A stretch of 64,000 nucleotides of DNA from Octopus sinensis (Eukaryota), in NCBI RefSeq assembly GCF_006345805.1, contig NC_042997.1, forward strand, positions 5,394,001-5,458,000, in the 5' to 3' direction. The translations under genes were made by a program, and so were the position numbers. The number at the start of each line of letters is the position of its first letter. Positions within the stretch are counted from its first letter, which is position 1. Below are positions 14,470 through 28,965 of the stretch, one piece after another. Below the pieces are notes generated by a model. The model was not told where the DNA came from and searched no databases. It saw only the letters and a list, made by a program, of their open reading frames with translations.

Positions 14470-14545
14470 GGCTAAGTTACGGGGACGTAAACACAGCAAC
14501 ATCGGTTGTCAACGGATGGACTGATAATGGGGTTAAACAAACACA
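14470..14545 (-). mobile_element. SINE family A fragment
   Basis: ctaagttacggggacgtaaacac...catcggttgtcaa is the reverse complement of the family A body. Confidence 0.75.
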
Positions 14546-14590
14546 CACTTACACAAATATATATGTATATACATATATATATACATATGA

Positions 14591-14644
<54 letters not shown>

Positions 14645-14950
14645 TCATATGAATATATACATATATACATGTATATACATATAGAATATATACACATACA
14701 CACACACCACACACATATATATATACATATATATATATATTATGTGAAATAGAAAGATGAATAATCTTGTTGTAGATTAATCAAAAGTTAACCGATACCT
14801 TAGTAGCAAAATCACAGCAGTAAACAGCACGGTTGGAGGTACAACCATCTGGCGTTGCGCAACGTGCGTTGGTGCGGATAATTGAAATTAAAACATTATT
14901 GGTGAATTGAAGAAATGGAGCTGAACGCAGATTGAACAGAAATCGTTTTA

Positions 14951-15038
14951 TTTCATTCTACACGTGTTTCGAAAGGCACAAATTACCAAAATCCGATTGA
15001 ATAATGGGACCATATTGTGTCTTTTCTTCAGAAGAAAA
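14951..15038 (-). ncRNA. Hammerhead ribozyme-like motif (mirror copy in left arm)
   Basis: Reverse complement: CTGAAGA-aaagacacaa...ttgtgcctttc-GAAA-cacgtg-TA-gaatgaaa; stem I and the first stem II pair are weaker than in the right-arm copy. Confidence 0.6.
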
Positions 15039-16149
15039 AAGGAAATCCGTTAGAGAAACAAAAACAGAAAGAGGCGGAGCAAAAACCAAACCGAACTATG
15101 CTCCTAAGAGCCCATGGCGAAACTGTTTATCAGTGTATGCTGAGAACCGGTGGCTGAAGAATTCTACAGGTCAGGCATCGGTCAATCATGGGGTGAGGGT
15201 GTATAGATGTTCTTAGTGACCGAGAATAAAGTTCTGACTATTTAAGGAATATTGGATGTTTTATAAGGGGCGAGAAAATCATTGCGTGTCTCCAATCATT
15301 ACGCAACTTTTCGGGACGTGAACAAGCGCCAGACCACGGGACTCAGTAAGCTAATATGGCGACTGAAGGATACGAACTTAAGCTACAGGCTGGAATGGTC
15401 AATTTTGTCGGTGGCCCTCCCATTTGATAGGGGCAGAAGACAGTGCAACCTTTGTGTCTCCGAACTCTTCCATATTTGTTTGCCAGAGGCCGGATGGTAA
15501 ACGGGCTCTTACAGTCGGCTTTTCGATGCCCCATTGGCGGCGTTACACTTATCTGGCTTTTAAATAGCGTTTATAAATAATACCGGCACCATAGCCCTTA
15601 GTAACAAATTCTGAAATAGCCTTAAGATATCTACGATTATCCACTGCAAGGGGAATTACTCCTGTAAGACAAACGGGGCTTGGTTTTTTCACAGCGGGGG
15701 GTTTCCTGACAAGGCAGGCTCAGATGAACACACACACACATAAAACATAATATATATATATATTTTTTTCTTTCTGCCACCCAACGGTTATCACGGCAGT
15801 AGCCACTGACAGCCGAACGATCAACGCACACACGTACACAAAAAATGTTTTCTACCCCTACGCCAACACACAATATATAGAACAGTATACACACACAACG
15901 TCTCTAAGTAGATTTTTTCTCGCCCCTTATAAAACATCCAATATCCTTAAATAGTCAGAACTTTATTCTCGGTCACTAAGAACATCTATACACCCTCACA
16001 CATGATGACCGATGCCTGACCTGTAGAATTCTTCAGCCACCGGTTCTCAGCATACACTGATAAACAGTTTCGCCATGGGCTCTTAGGAGCATAGTTCGGT
16101 TTGGTTTGCTCCGCCTTGTTCTGTTTTGTTTCTCTAACGGATTTCCTTT

Positions 16150-16239
16150 TTTCTTCCTGAAGAAGAAAGACACAATATGGTCCCATTATTCAATCGGATT
16201 TTGGTAATTTGTGCCTTTCGAAACACGTGTAGAATGAAA
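16150..16239 (+). ncRNA. Minimal type-I hammerhead ribozyme motif
   Basis: ttcttc-CTGAAGA(16157-16163)-A-gaaagacacaa/ttgtgcctttc stem II (10 of 11 bp)-GAAA(16220-16223)-palindromic cacgtg-GUA triplet (16229-16231)-gaatgaa stem I'. Confidence 0.75.
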
Positions 16240-16283
16240 TAAAACGATTTCTGTTCAATCTGCGTTCAGCTCCATTTCTTCAA

Positions 16284-16362
<79 letters not shown>

Positions 16363-16573
16363 CATATATACCACATAATAATCTGAATGGAAACAATGCA
16401 AGCGGAAACAAGAGGAACATAATTAAAGCACACTCAAAATCAAATATATACATATATTCTTCTACATTTATAAAACGGATATAAAAATTCCAAATATATA
16501 ACTATAAAAATACATATAAATTGATAAATATCGATATGATACATACAACACAGTGAATTTTAGTTTTATTAGT

Positions 16574-16908
16574 TACAATACGTCGGTATAATAATTTTGG
16601 GGGATGATAAAACATTAAAAGGGCGTACTAGAATACTGCGAAAATATTACAGAAATTTAACAATTCCATCTACGGTGCCAAGTAATATGATATATGTATT
16701 TCTGTATTTGTTTTTTTCTGTATTGTGTAAAATCATCCTGATGGGGGGAGTGTCAGTTTTAAAAATATGAAATATATCATATTACTTGGCACGTCTCTGA
16801 AACGGCACGTAGAAGGAATTTTTATTTTTTTTAATATTTTCGCAGTATTTTAGTACGTTTTTTTAATGGTTTATCCTCTCAAATTTTTATTACACCAATG
16901 TATTATAA
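16574..16908. mobile_element. Foldback/MITE-like element with ~125-bp imperfect terminal inverted repeats
   Basis: gataaaacattaaaagggcgtactagaatactgcgaaaatatta...gtgccaagtaatatgatata pairs with tatatcatattacttggcac...taatattttcgcagtattttagtacg. Confidence 0.7.
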
Positions 16909-16914
16909 CTTTTA

Positions 16915-18612
16915 AATCTAACAGAGGAATATTCCAGGGTGACATGCTCTCTTCACTTCTTTTCTGTTTGGCACTGACATTTATTTGACATGCAAGTCAG
17001 AGCTGGTTGTAGATACAACTGTTATGGAAAAATAATCAACCATCTCTTGTATATGGATGATTTGAAACTATGGTGCAAATGATAAACGGCTGGAAACATT
17101 ACTACAGGTAGTACATGGGTTTGTCAAATAAATTCACAGGAAATTTGGCTTAGAAAAAATATGTGTAAGCAATCTGGAAAAGAGGAAAACTAGTTAAGAG
17201 TAACAACATCACACTAGATTAAGCAAATGAAATAAGAGAATTAGACCAAATACAGACATACAAGTGCTTAGGAATCAATGAACTAGATGCGATACAACAC
17301 ACACAAATCAAAGAGAAGTTAAGAAAAGAATACTATAGACGAATTAGATTAATTCTGAAAACACAGCTCAATGCAAAAAAAACAAGATAATATGTATTAA
17401 CACTACATCCGTCCCAGTTATAAGTTACAGCTACAATAGTCTTAACTGATCTCCAAAGAACTACTCAACAATACTCAGGGAAACGAGAAAAAATAGCAGG
17501 ATTTAGAATGCACCACCCAAAATCTGACATAGAAAGGTAATATATGTAACTTTTCGAAAACTATTACAAAATAAACACCAAAGGATTACAGAAATACCTA
17601 CTTCAGAAACAGAGAAAACAGATACCAATAGCCACAACACACGATCAAAAGAATAGTTTTCTGTCTTTAAGAAAGCTGACAAATACAAAAAAAGAATAGT
17701 CACAGAACTTAACAACTATGAAGAAAAAGCAAAACCAACAAAGGCTGTAAAAAAGCTGAAATCTAAACTAAGTTTAGATTTCAGCTGTTTTACAGCTTCA
17801 TAAAGTATTAGGATAAAACGATGGCAAGAAAACCCCCAACAGGCAAATATCGGGTTAAGCTAAAAAGAAAAGAAATGGACCAAGCAAAACCCCAACAATG
17901 GCTGAAAAGCTGAGGATTCAAAGCAGAAACTGAATGATTTTTTTTTGCAGCACAAGATCAAAGCCTTCCCACCAGAAAACATCAAAAACTCAACGAAAAG
18001 AAATACAAGTGACTGCAGAATATGTGGTGATGGAGAAAAAAACAAAATATCATAATGTTTCTGGCTCTTCTGCCCTGGCTAAGAAGGAATATAATCACAG
18101 ACACAACAGAGTTGGCACCTATATATACTGAAAGCTATTCCTACACTATGGAATAACAACAGAAAAATAATGGTATTGGAACACCCCAGAAAAGTCACAG
18201 AAAATGAGAATGCAACTATTTTTGGATATGCCAATCCACACAGACAGAGAATTCAAGGTAAATATGTCAGATATAGTTGTCAGAGATCATTTACAAAAAG
18301 ATGCTTTCTAATCGACGTACGAATACAAACAGATGACGTTTCTTTAAAGGAAACGGAGAAACTTTCAAAATGCAAAGATCTGGAAATAAAGGAAACTCGA
18401 ATTTAGAGCATAAAAACGGAAACAATTCCTAGTATAGTAGGCGCATTAGGTATGATAAAAAAACACATTTAGACAAATACGTAACAAAAACTTCAGGAAC
18501 TTAATTGTACATATACCATACAGAAAATAGCACTACAAAGCACCACACACAGTGATGGTCCACAGAATTGCGTTCGGTAGTTCAGTGAAAGCACGTGATA
18601 GAAATAACACTA

Positions 18613-18616
<4 letters not shown>
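16915..18616 (+). mobile_element. 5'-truncated R4/Dong-like non-LTR retrotransposon, degenerate
   Basis: RGIFQGDMLSSLLFCLAL, NHLLYMDDLKL, HHPKSDIER, LKAETE.FFFAAQDQSLPTR and IPSIVGALGMIKK; ends in (AAT)n. Confidence 0.88.
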
Positions 18617-18688
<72 letters not shown>

Positions 18689-18703
18689 GTAATAATAATA
18701 ATG
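18617..18703. repeat. (AAT)n microsatellite between two R4-like inserts
   Basis: Direct reading. Confidence 0.97.
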
Positions 18704-19490
18704 GCTGTGGATGACTAAATGTGATTTAAAATCGGAAATGGAGGCTCTAATCTGTGCTTCCCAGGAGCAAGCACTAAGAACAAATTATATAAAGTACAGA
18801 ACAGACAATACATCAGAAAGTGATAAGTGCAGAATTTGTGGACAAAATAATGAAACCGTATGGCATATTAACAGTAAATATACACCACTGGCCCAGGAGG
18901 AATATAAGAGACGCCAGGACAATATAGCAAGCCTTGTCCATTAGACAGTTTGCAACAAGTACGGATTTGACAGAACAAAAATTGGTACGACCATGAACCC
19001 GAAGGCATCATCGAAAATGATAATGCAAGGATCCTGTGGGATTTCATGATTCAGTGCGACTATGAGGTAGAGAATAGGAAAACAGTCATAGTCTTTATTA
19101 AGAAAGAAAGCAAACTATGCTGGATCAAAGATATAGCATGCTCAGCTGACAACAAGTTTTGCGTTAAGGAAGTAAGAAAGATCGATAGATATGACATATT
19201 TGCTTGGCAGGTAAAGCAGTTGTGGTCCTTGAAAAAGATGGTAGCATTACCAATAATTGTCGCAGCCCTTGGTACAGTGACTAAACATCTTGGGAAGTAC
19301 ATGGAACAAATAGGGGATGCAATAAGGGTGGAGCACTTGCAGAAAACAGCACTGCTTGGAACCGCTCAAATACTCCGGAAGGTGCGCGAAAAATAAATAA
19401 GGAGTGTTACCTTAGTTAAATGGTAGTTAATAGCTGACACTGTAGTACATCTCCAGCGTTAGAAGCTTTGCAATGGCAATGAAATTATTA
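18704..19490 (+). mobile_element. 3' end of R4/Dong-like element (CCHC knuckle plus REL endonuclease)
   Basis: DLKSEMEALICASQEQALRTNY, CRICGQNNETVWHI, ILWDFMIQCD, DIACSAD, LPIIVAALG and EHLQKTALLGTAQILRKV. Confidence 0.9.
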
Positions 19491-19720
19491 ATAATAATAA
19501 TAATTGTTTCAAATTTTGCCGTAGGAGCAACAATTTCGATTGAGAGGGTAAGTTGATTACATCAACCGCTAGTGTTCAACTGGCTCTTATTTTATCGACT
19601 TGAATCAATGTAAGATAAAGTCGACCTAGGTAGAATTTGAACTCAGGTGTAGCGACGGGCGAAATACCGCTAAGCATTTTGTCCAGCGCGCTAACGATTC
19701 TTCCAGTTCGCTGCTTTAAT
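19490..19720 (-). mobile_element. SINE family B, tail variant 1
   Basis: Reverse complement has aatcgttagcgcgctggacaaaatgcttagcggtatttcg head and ggcaaaatttgaaacaattatt tail. Confidence 0.8.
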
Positions 19721-20941
19721 AATGATGATGATGATGATGATGATGGTTTCTAATTTCGGTACATAGCAAGAAATTTTAAGAAGAGTGTTAATCGATACCA
19801 TCAAACCCAGTATTAGACGGGTAATTATTTTATTACAACAGAAACTATACACACTTGTGTATTAACAACACTGAAATTGTTAATGGGCTGTCTTAAATTT
19901 GTGACTATATAAAACGAAAGAAAAGAAAGAGATGATTTTCTTGAAAGTACATACAATGAGAATCGTAATAAGAGCATACTTTGCGTTAAAAATTACTCCA
20001 TAGTTTAATATGGGTCCTAGATTTCGCTGTCTGTCCAATAAACAATTAACAAACACGACTTATCACTCTTGAACAATATGTTTTCAATTCTAAATCGTAT
20101 TAGCACTTCCTGATTTAAGTTTCCATTTGTATGGGGTGGGGTGAGTTTCGTGTGGGAGTACAATAGTCCATCCAGTGTCGCAAATCACGCTAATGGTTAA
20201 ACAATACGTAGTGAACAAGCAACGGACGAATTTAATTATGTAAAATCGTTTCTGGGGATTAACATGATTTGAGAAACAATATGAATGGGAGATGGAATTC
20301 GATTCCGTTTTTGATAATAGTTTTATTAGAACATCGTTGATACGATTTGGCAACTACATTTCTCTGTTAGCGGAAATTTTATTAATGGCCCTTTTCAATG
20401 TTTCTTTTGAATTTACAAAGCATAAAGAGATTCTATTCAATGCCTGACTAAAACAAAAGGGTGTTACTGAAAGCAGTGCTTCTTGTGTGAACAACTTTAG
20501 CACAGACTAATCAAATACAGATCCGAATCAAGGACTTTTATTTACTTATTATCAAAACAGATGAGCTTTGGGAAATATTTCTAACAATCTCAATTCATTC
20601 TCGAAATAATGTGACTGCGTTTCTTTTATTTTCCTCTTTGGCTAATAACTCTTCTACAGGTCGCCTTGTTTGATACAATAATACATTAAACCCACTCAAT
20701 ACCAAATGCTTTAACCAGGAAGATTGTTAATATTTAACAAAATACACACAACCAAGTTAATCTAATTGTATGAACTTCGTTTTCTCTGCATTAAAATACA
20801 TGTTTAGATATTTCTTAAATTAATATATTAAAAACTACTTTTACCTCAATTACTTTCTTTAGTTCCATACTTCTCAACAAGTGTTAATGAAATATGTCTT
20901 CGTTAAAACCAACTGCAGTGTGCGTATTCACCATATATATA

Positions 20942-21170
20942 TACGAGGGGGTTACTGAAAAGTGCCTGGCTATAAGGGTATCACGAACGCCCAACCTTCT
21001 GAGTGCTTTTACAGGGCTTAGAAAATCTGAAAAATCACTGTAATATTATTGCAGTTATTATTTTTTTAACCGATAACTCAAAGTTCGAGACATAAGTGTG
21101 TGAATCTGAGAGGGGAATATATTGAGTATAATAAAAATTAACTGATCTCCTGTATTTTCTTGCGCTCAAA
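20942..21170. mobile_element. Mariner-derived MITE remnant
   Basis: TA-cgagggggttactgaaaagtgcctggc start resembles mariner-type TIRs; the second TIR is not clearly preserved. Confidence 0.55.
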
Positions 21171-21869
21171 AACATAAAGAAAGATACATCCTCACAAGAG
21201 TTCAGATAACGAAGACGCCAACTCTGTGCGACCTTCCAGTTGCATTTTTCTCAAGAACGGTAAGGAACTTTAGCACCTGGTTCAACGTCTTTCCCCGACT
21301 TTTGGTGGAAGATACGCAACACTGCATAAAGTTGATAATAACAAATTAGATATAGTTTGCTGTGTGTGGCATTGTCTAACGACTACGAATTCTTCCGGTT
21401 TGGAGGGTTTGATATGTGACTTGAACATGTATCTGTTAAGCTTATCCTGTGTCGCTTACTACAACTGGCAGCAGAACGTCAGAATCTCCATTTCTGTGGA
21501 CAAGGGTGGCAGCTCACGCTGCTGAAATGAGATACGATCACAGAGAGCTTCATTCATAATTTTCGAGCGATAATTTTGCTGAAAACAATGTCAAAATTTT
21601 AAACATAAATCTATGAAGATGATGTTTAACGATGATAGTACGGATTAGAAAGTGCATACGATTCATTATAGAGATTAGATAATAAAAAAAGGCCAACTGA
21701 ATTTTGATTAGTTTAAATGAATCAATACCTTCCGACATTACCAACCATCACTCAACAATTTCGAATTATACTCATCAAGAATATTCTCCCTTTTCTTGTC
21801 TGAATGGGCTGTGTCTCCAACCAGTGCAGTAGATACTACAGTTGCTGATTTTAAAATATAATAATAATA

Positions 21870-22090
21870 ATCATTGTATAAAATTTTGCACAAGGCATAT
21901 ATTATACTGGAGGGCAGTCGATTACGTTGACTACTGCATTTGATTGGTACTATACTTTATTCCTCCCTGAAAGATTAAAGTTGGTTTGAACTCTAAATGT
22001 AAAAAGCCGGAACAAATACTGCAAGTTATTATTTTTTTAAGCGATAACTCAAAGGATTCTACCAGTTCGAGACAGAAGCTACCACGTCGC
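21870..22090 (-). mobile_element. Degenerate SINE family B
   Basis: agtcgattacgttgac...ttggtact...ttgaactct...gattctaccagttcg match the reverse complement of the family B body and head. Confidence 0.55.
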
Positions 22091-23194
22091 TGAAGCAGTA
22101 ATGTGAAAAAATTATTTGCTCATAAAGACAATAAATTACTAAAACAATTCCCTCGGCCATGAATCAGAAGATCAATAACAACACCAATATAAGTTGTACG
22201 CAAATCCATCAATTTGTTTCCCACTAATGCTTGAAATTATTTACCTATCAAATTCGCTGAAACTACATGTGATTTATCTCTGGTGAATAAAACTATATAG
22301 GAGATGTTAGAAAACAACCTGCTGACACAAATACATTTCCTTCAACACATCTACTGTATTTTTTTATAATGTTTGTTTACGTAGGTGTATTATTTCGTTG
22401 TTGATTCACGATACAATTCTAGAAGAAATAAGATTATACATATGTCAATAATAAATTTTCTAACTGCATCATTTTTTCCCTTTTTTTCCTCTCCCCCAGA
22501 AATAAGAAAAATATATTGCGGCAACAAAATAAATTATTATTAATATGCGCACAAAACTTCGAATGGAGTTGGAGAGCTGTTATTCTTAAACTGAAAAACA
22601 TTAGTTTTCTAGAAAATTAGAACGATTTTGTAACTTTCTTCGAAAAATAAGTCATGATAATAAGTGTGAAATGTGTTGATACAGAAAGAGGAAATGTATG
22701 TATATAATTCATTTCGGGAAATAGCCATTAACTTAACAACGTAATTTGTTGTATGTGATTCTAAACTAAAATAAGATGTGCCGGAATATCAATGCCGATG
22801 CAAATCTCTTATCCGAAATGCTTGGAACATAAAATGTTACGAAATTTAGAATACATAAATTTCGGAACGGTGGTAAATTTGTTATTATTAAATGAGTCAA
22901 CTTCGCAATTGGAGCGATGTGTAAACACAGACCAATTCCGAGGTTATCCCATATAATTACAGATAACCGCTTATTCAGATTCTATAAATGTAGCGTTATA
23001 TAAATTTGTTTCTAGTTCACTTTCGCAATTGTAACAGCGTTACTAAGAAATATTTCTCTCTTCACCAAAATAAATCGGATGATTCACTTTTACAACACTA
23101 TGGCCTCGCATATAATAAAATAAAATAGCATACCTTGCTGGATACACTGTAAAGACTTTTGTGAAGAAATAACATGCTTATATTTATGAGATCG

Positions 23195-23670
23195 AAGGCG
23201 GCGATCTGGCAGAATCGTTAGCACGCCGGGTAAAATGCTGAACGACATTTCGTTCGCTTTTACGTTCTGAGTTCAAATTCCACCGATGACGCCTCTGTCT
23301 TTCATCCTTTCGAGAGTCGATGATATAAGGACCAGTTTATCACTAGAAACCATGTAATCGACTTACCACATCCTCCGAACTTGCTGACCTTGTGCCAGCA
23401 TTTGAAACTAATATTTATAAGATGGGATCGACAGCACGCCGGACAAAATGCTTCGTGGAATTTCGGCTGCTTCTGAGTTCAAATTCCTTCGAGGTCGACT
23501 TTACTTTTCATTCTTAAAGCGGCGAGCTGACAGAATTGTTAACGCGCCAGACAAGATGCTTCGCAGCATTTCTCCCGATTTTATTTTATGGATTCGAAAG
23601 CTGCTGGAGACGACTTTAATCGGCTAATCCTCTACCGAAGTTGCTGACATTGATCCAAAATTTGAAAGCA
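23195..23670 (+). mobile_element. Three tandem SINE family B copies (one full, two partial)
   Basis: Heads ggcggcgatctggcagaatcgttagcacg, acagcacgccggacaaaatgc and ggcgagctgacagaattgttaacg; tails ...aatttgaaa. Confidence 0.8.
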
Positions 23671-25113
23671 ATTTTTATAAGATCAAAATAAATATATGTT
23701 AGAACAAATTTTTAAAAATCCAAATAATGAAGAAAATAAATCAATTTTCCACTGTTTAATATTGACATACAAAAATTAAGATAGCTTCGTTGAACAATCT
23801 GCTAACTTTTTGTGTCAATTTAGCACACGTGGTGATCAACCACTGCTATGATAATACATATAATTTACAACAATTGAAAGGGTTTTTATATAATGAAATA
23901 ACAAATTTATAAGAGACACTTTAAGAGCTGAAATGTCACATAATACTATCAGCCTGCAAAATTATTCCGAAGCATTTACAAGAAAGAGTTAAAGATGTAT
24001 TTAAATTCACATAAAACACATGTATCCCTCTATTTGAAGATTATTTAATGCAGCTAGTTAGATAAAAATAATTGCTTCAAATATATTTCGAAGTAAAATA
24101 CCGAGAAATTTCGGAATGTTTTTAAAAAGACTTTCGGAATTTGGAGATTTTCAATTTTGATATTTTGTATAAGAGAATTTGAGCTTGAATATCTGCATGG
24201 ATAGGATAGTGACAGCATAATGCATTCAGTGGTAACTTAGGTAAATTATTAATATAAAATTAGCTACAGAATATAACATTACCTACAGATAATTTGAAAT
24301 GCAAAATATTAAATTCTAAAAACCAAAGGTATGTGGCCCAAAAGAAAATAAAGCAAAGAATATGTTTGGAAGAGTTTCGTTTCAATAAGAGTTACAAAAG
24401 ATAAAATATTGATATGTAATCCACCACTAGGATATTATCAACCGATCGCTGTAGAAACGAATACCAGTATTTAAAAAGCAAGTAAACTAAAACAGGATAA
24501 GTCACACAGCAAAGCACAGCGAACAAAAACGTTTTACCATGATTACATTAACACGTTAATGTCTTTCTAATTCAGCGATTATTGGTTGAAATCTAATGTT
24601 ATGCATCACATAGAAATTTTAGTTTCTTTATATCATTTAAAGATTAAATAACAAATTAACAAATTGCAAAAATTTGTCTCTTCAAATGTAAGTAAATCTT
24701 GAAACTCAGGCGTCCTTGTTACACTTATTACTTGGTCTCGTATTTACCATACACCGAAAGATGTCAATTTAGTGTATCTTAAAATTTCTAGTTGATAGTT
24801 CATAAATATTGTGAACGTGCTTCAAGAAACATAAAAAACAATCTGCCACGACAAATGAAAGGGAAAGAATATCTGAGAAAGATAATAACAATGAAGCATA
24901 TAATAATGGCCACGCACAAAAAGTGTAGTTAGAGGTAATTTACAATAACTCACACCAAAATTTGAAATAAGGACATTATGTCCCAGAATAAAAAGACAAA
25001 TTAACAAAAATCCTAAAGCATATAACAATTAGACAGTAACAAGTTTCATCTGTTTGGGCAGTTGTCCTAATGATCAGAGCACAGTGATTTGAACGAAGCA
25101 AGAACATAAAATA

Positions 25114-27070
<1,957 letters not shown>

Positions 27071-27287
27071 GTGTGTGTATATGTGTGTCTGTGAAGAAAG
27101 CGGGATAATCATTTCACTAGGCAGATAGTGAGATAGAGATAGAAACGAGATGTTTAGATATAAGAAGTTGTTTAACTGTATAGTAACAGAAATTATGTGT
27201 GTATACATAGCACGTAGAAACACGTTATTAAGTGTCCGTAATTTACGAGTGTGAGATTCTGTATACAGAAATACTCTTCGAGAAAGT

Positions 27288-27355
<68 letters not shown>

Positions 27356-27374
27356 TATGTAGAGTATGAAACTC

Positions 27375-27745
27375 ACTTCTTAACCACATGGTTCCAGTTT
27401 CAATCTTGATGTGTGGTACCTTGAGCAAATGTCTTCTAATATATCTTCGGACCAATTTAGCCTGCTGAGTGGATTTACTATATCTAAACTGAAAAATACT
27501 CGTCGTGTATATATGTGTGTGTGTGTGTATGTTTGAGTGTGCGTGCGCGTGTTTGTAGTTGTCTCCGACCACCACTTGACAACCGGTGTTACAATCTTTA
27601 CGTCCATGCCATTTGGCAGAAGGTAGACCACTAGCATATGTACCAGACTTTAAAATAAGTACTGACTTCGAGTTTGTCAACTAAACCCTAGGTCGTGGTG
27701 CCCCAGCATATCTGCAGTATAATGATTGAAACAAGTAAAATATAA
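27375..27745 (+). mobile_element. Degenerate SINE family A
   Basis: aaccacatggttcc...ttgagcaaatgtcttct...cttgacaaccggtgtt...aatgattgaaacaagtaaaa. Confidence 0.8.
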
Positions 27746-27903
27746 AATAATATATATATACTTACATTGACACACACACACTCATATACATGCAAGTGTG
27801 TATGTGTATTTATTCCTCTGTTTGTGCAATATACACATAACTACAAATATACATATAAATGTATGCTATACTACGAAATATGCAATAGATATATAAATAT
27901 ATA

Positions 27904-27943
<40 letters not shown>

Positions 27944-28659
27944 TATATATGCGTTGCGCGCGCGCGTATGTACATATTTGTATTAAAGTAGGGCGTGGCA
28001 ACAGGAATTGCGTAACCAATACCATCAGATAAGAGCTCTTTTGCTATAAGAAGTAAAACACTCAGAGCTCAGTGCCTGTGCTACAGATTATAGCTTCTTC
28101 GGAACCATGTAAATGAAATGCTAGTCGATTTCGGAAAGCATGAAGTACATAAAATGATTACATTGAGAATGGTATTTATAAATAATGTTATATCGTTTGA
28201 GAGTCAGAAGTCCTCCCACAAATTTTCAGATGTAGATAAGCATATGTATTGACATACACATATAAAAATACACGTAGTTATTCATAAGCATACAGGAAGA
28301 TGTACAAATATATGTTTATTCAGGGTGAGTGGTGGTATCATAAAGTATATTACTGTATCATATCTCAACAGTCTTTCTCTTTACATAGGCTCTCTGATCT
28401 TTTCCTAAATACAAACTGTATTATCTCCATATCGACATAAAGCTATCTCATTAAAAGTACAAAATAATTTCTTGAGAATAAAATAGTTTTGGATGTGTGT
28501 TTGTGAATCTGTCTCCGTAAGACTACATTTTATCTGGGGTTCTAGTTATCTAATTTTGATATTTTTCTACTCATATGTAAGTCACTGAATGAGTATTTAC
28601 GCTGATCCGCCCGCCACCACCTACCACTTTTTTTTTATCCAATCTTCTTTTAATTCAGA

Positions 28660-28965
28660 TGTTGCCGTAACGTATGCGATTTACTGGGTATCGTTCTCAC
28701 GCCTTCTCCTCTCCCGCCTCTCCTGAAGCCATCACTTTGTCCTGGCCCCGTTATCACACCTGTCCCTTATACTAACACACTCTGTCTCAGAGGGTCAGAT
28801 CAATGTAACTTCCATAAATTTTATTCTTTCACCTGCACGTGTAGCGGTCTCATCTCATGATTAAGACTTTCCTTCTGTGCGGTCTTGCACAAGAGCCAAA
28901 GCGGTTGCCGTTTAGCAGATCAATTCGCGGAACATTTTCGTGACATCCGGCTGGGAAACAAGAAC
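28660..28965 (+). mobile_element. Penelope-like GIY-YIG fragment
   Basis: Frames give PRYHTCPY (Cys motif upstream of GIY-YIG) and RLADQFAEHFRDIRLG (RLxDRFxEH motif). Confidence 0.6.

Larger units (their letters stand above)
14830..16288 (+). mobile_element. 5'-truncated Penelope-like element with inverted pseudo-LTR: inverted arm, GIY-YIG C-terminus, 3' region
   Basis: 15282-15500 encodes HYATFRD...TTGLSKLIWRLKDTNLSYRLEWSIL...RRQCNLCVSE (Penelope endonuclease C-terminus); 14912-15290 is the reverse complement of ~15909-16288. Confidence 0.85.

Noticed and set aside
22470-22620. Strong polypyrimidine tract plus CAG acceptor at ~22499
   Set aside because: The following frame closes after ~39 codons with no donor or homology evident.
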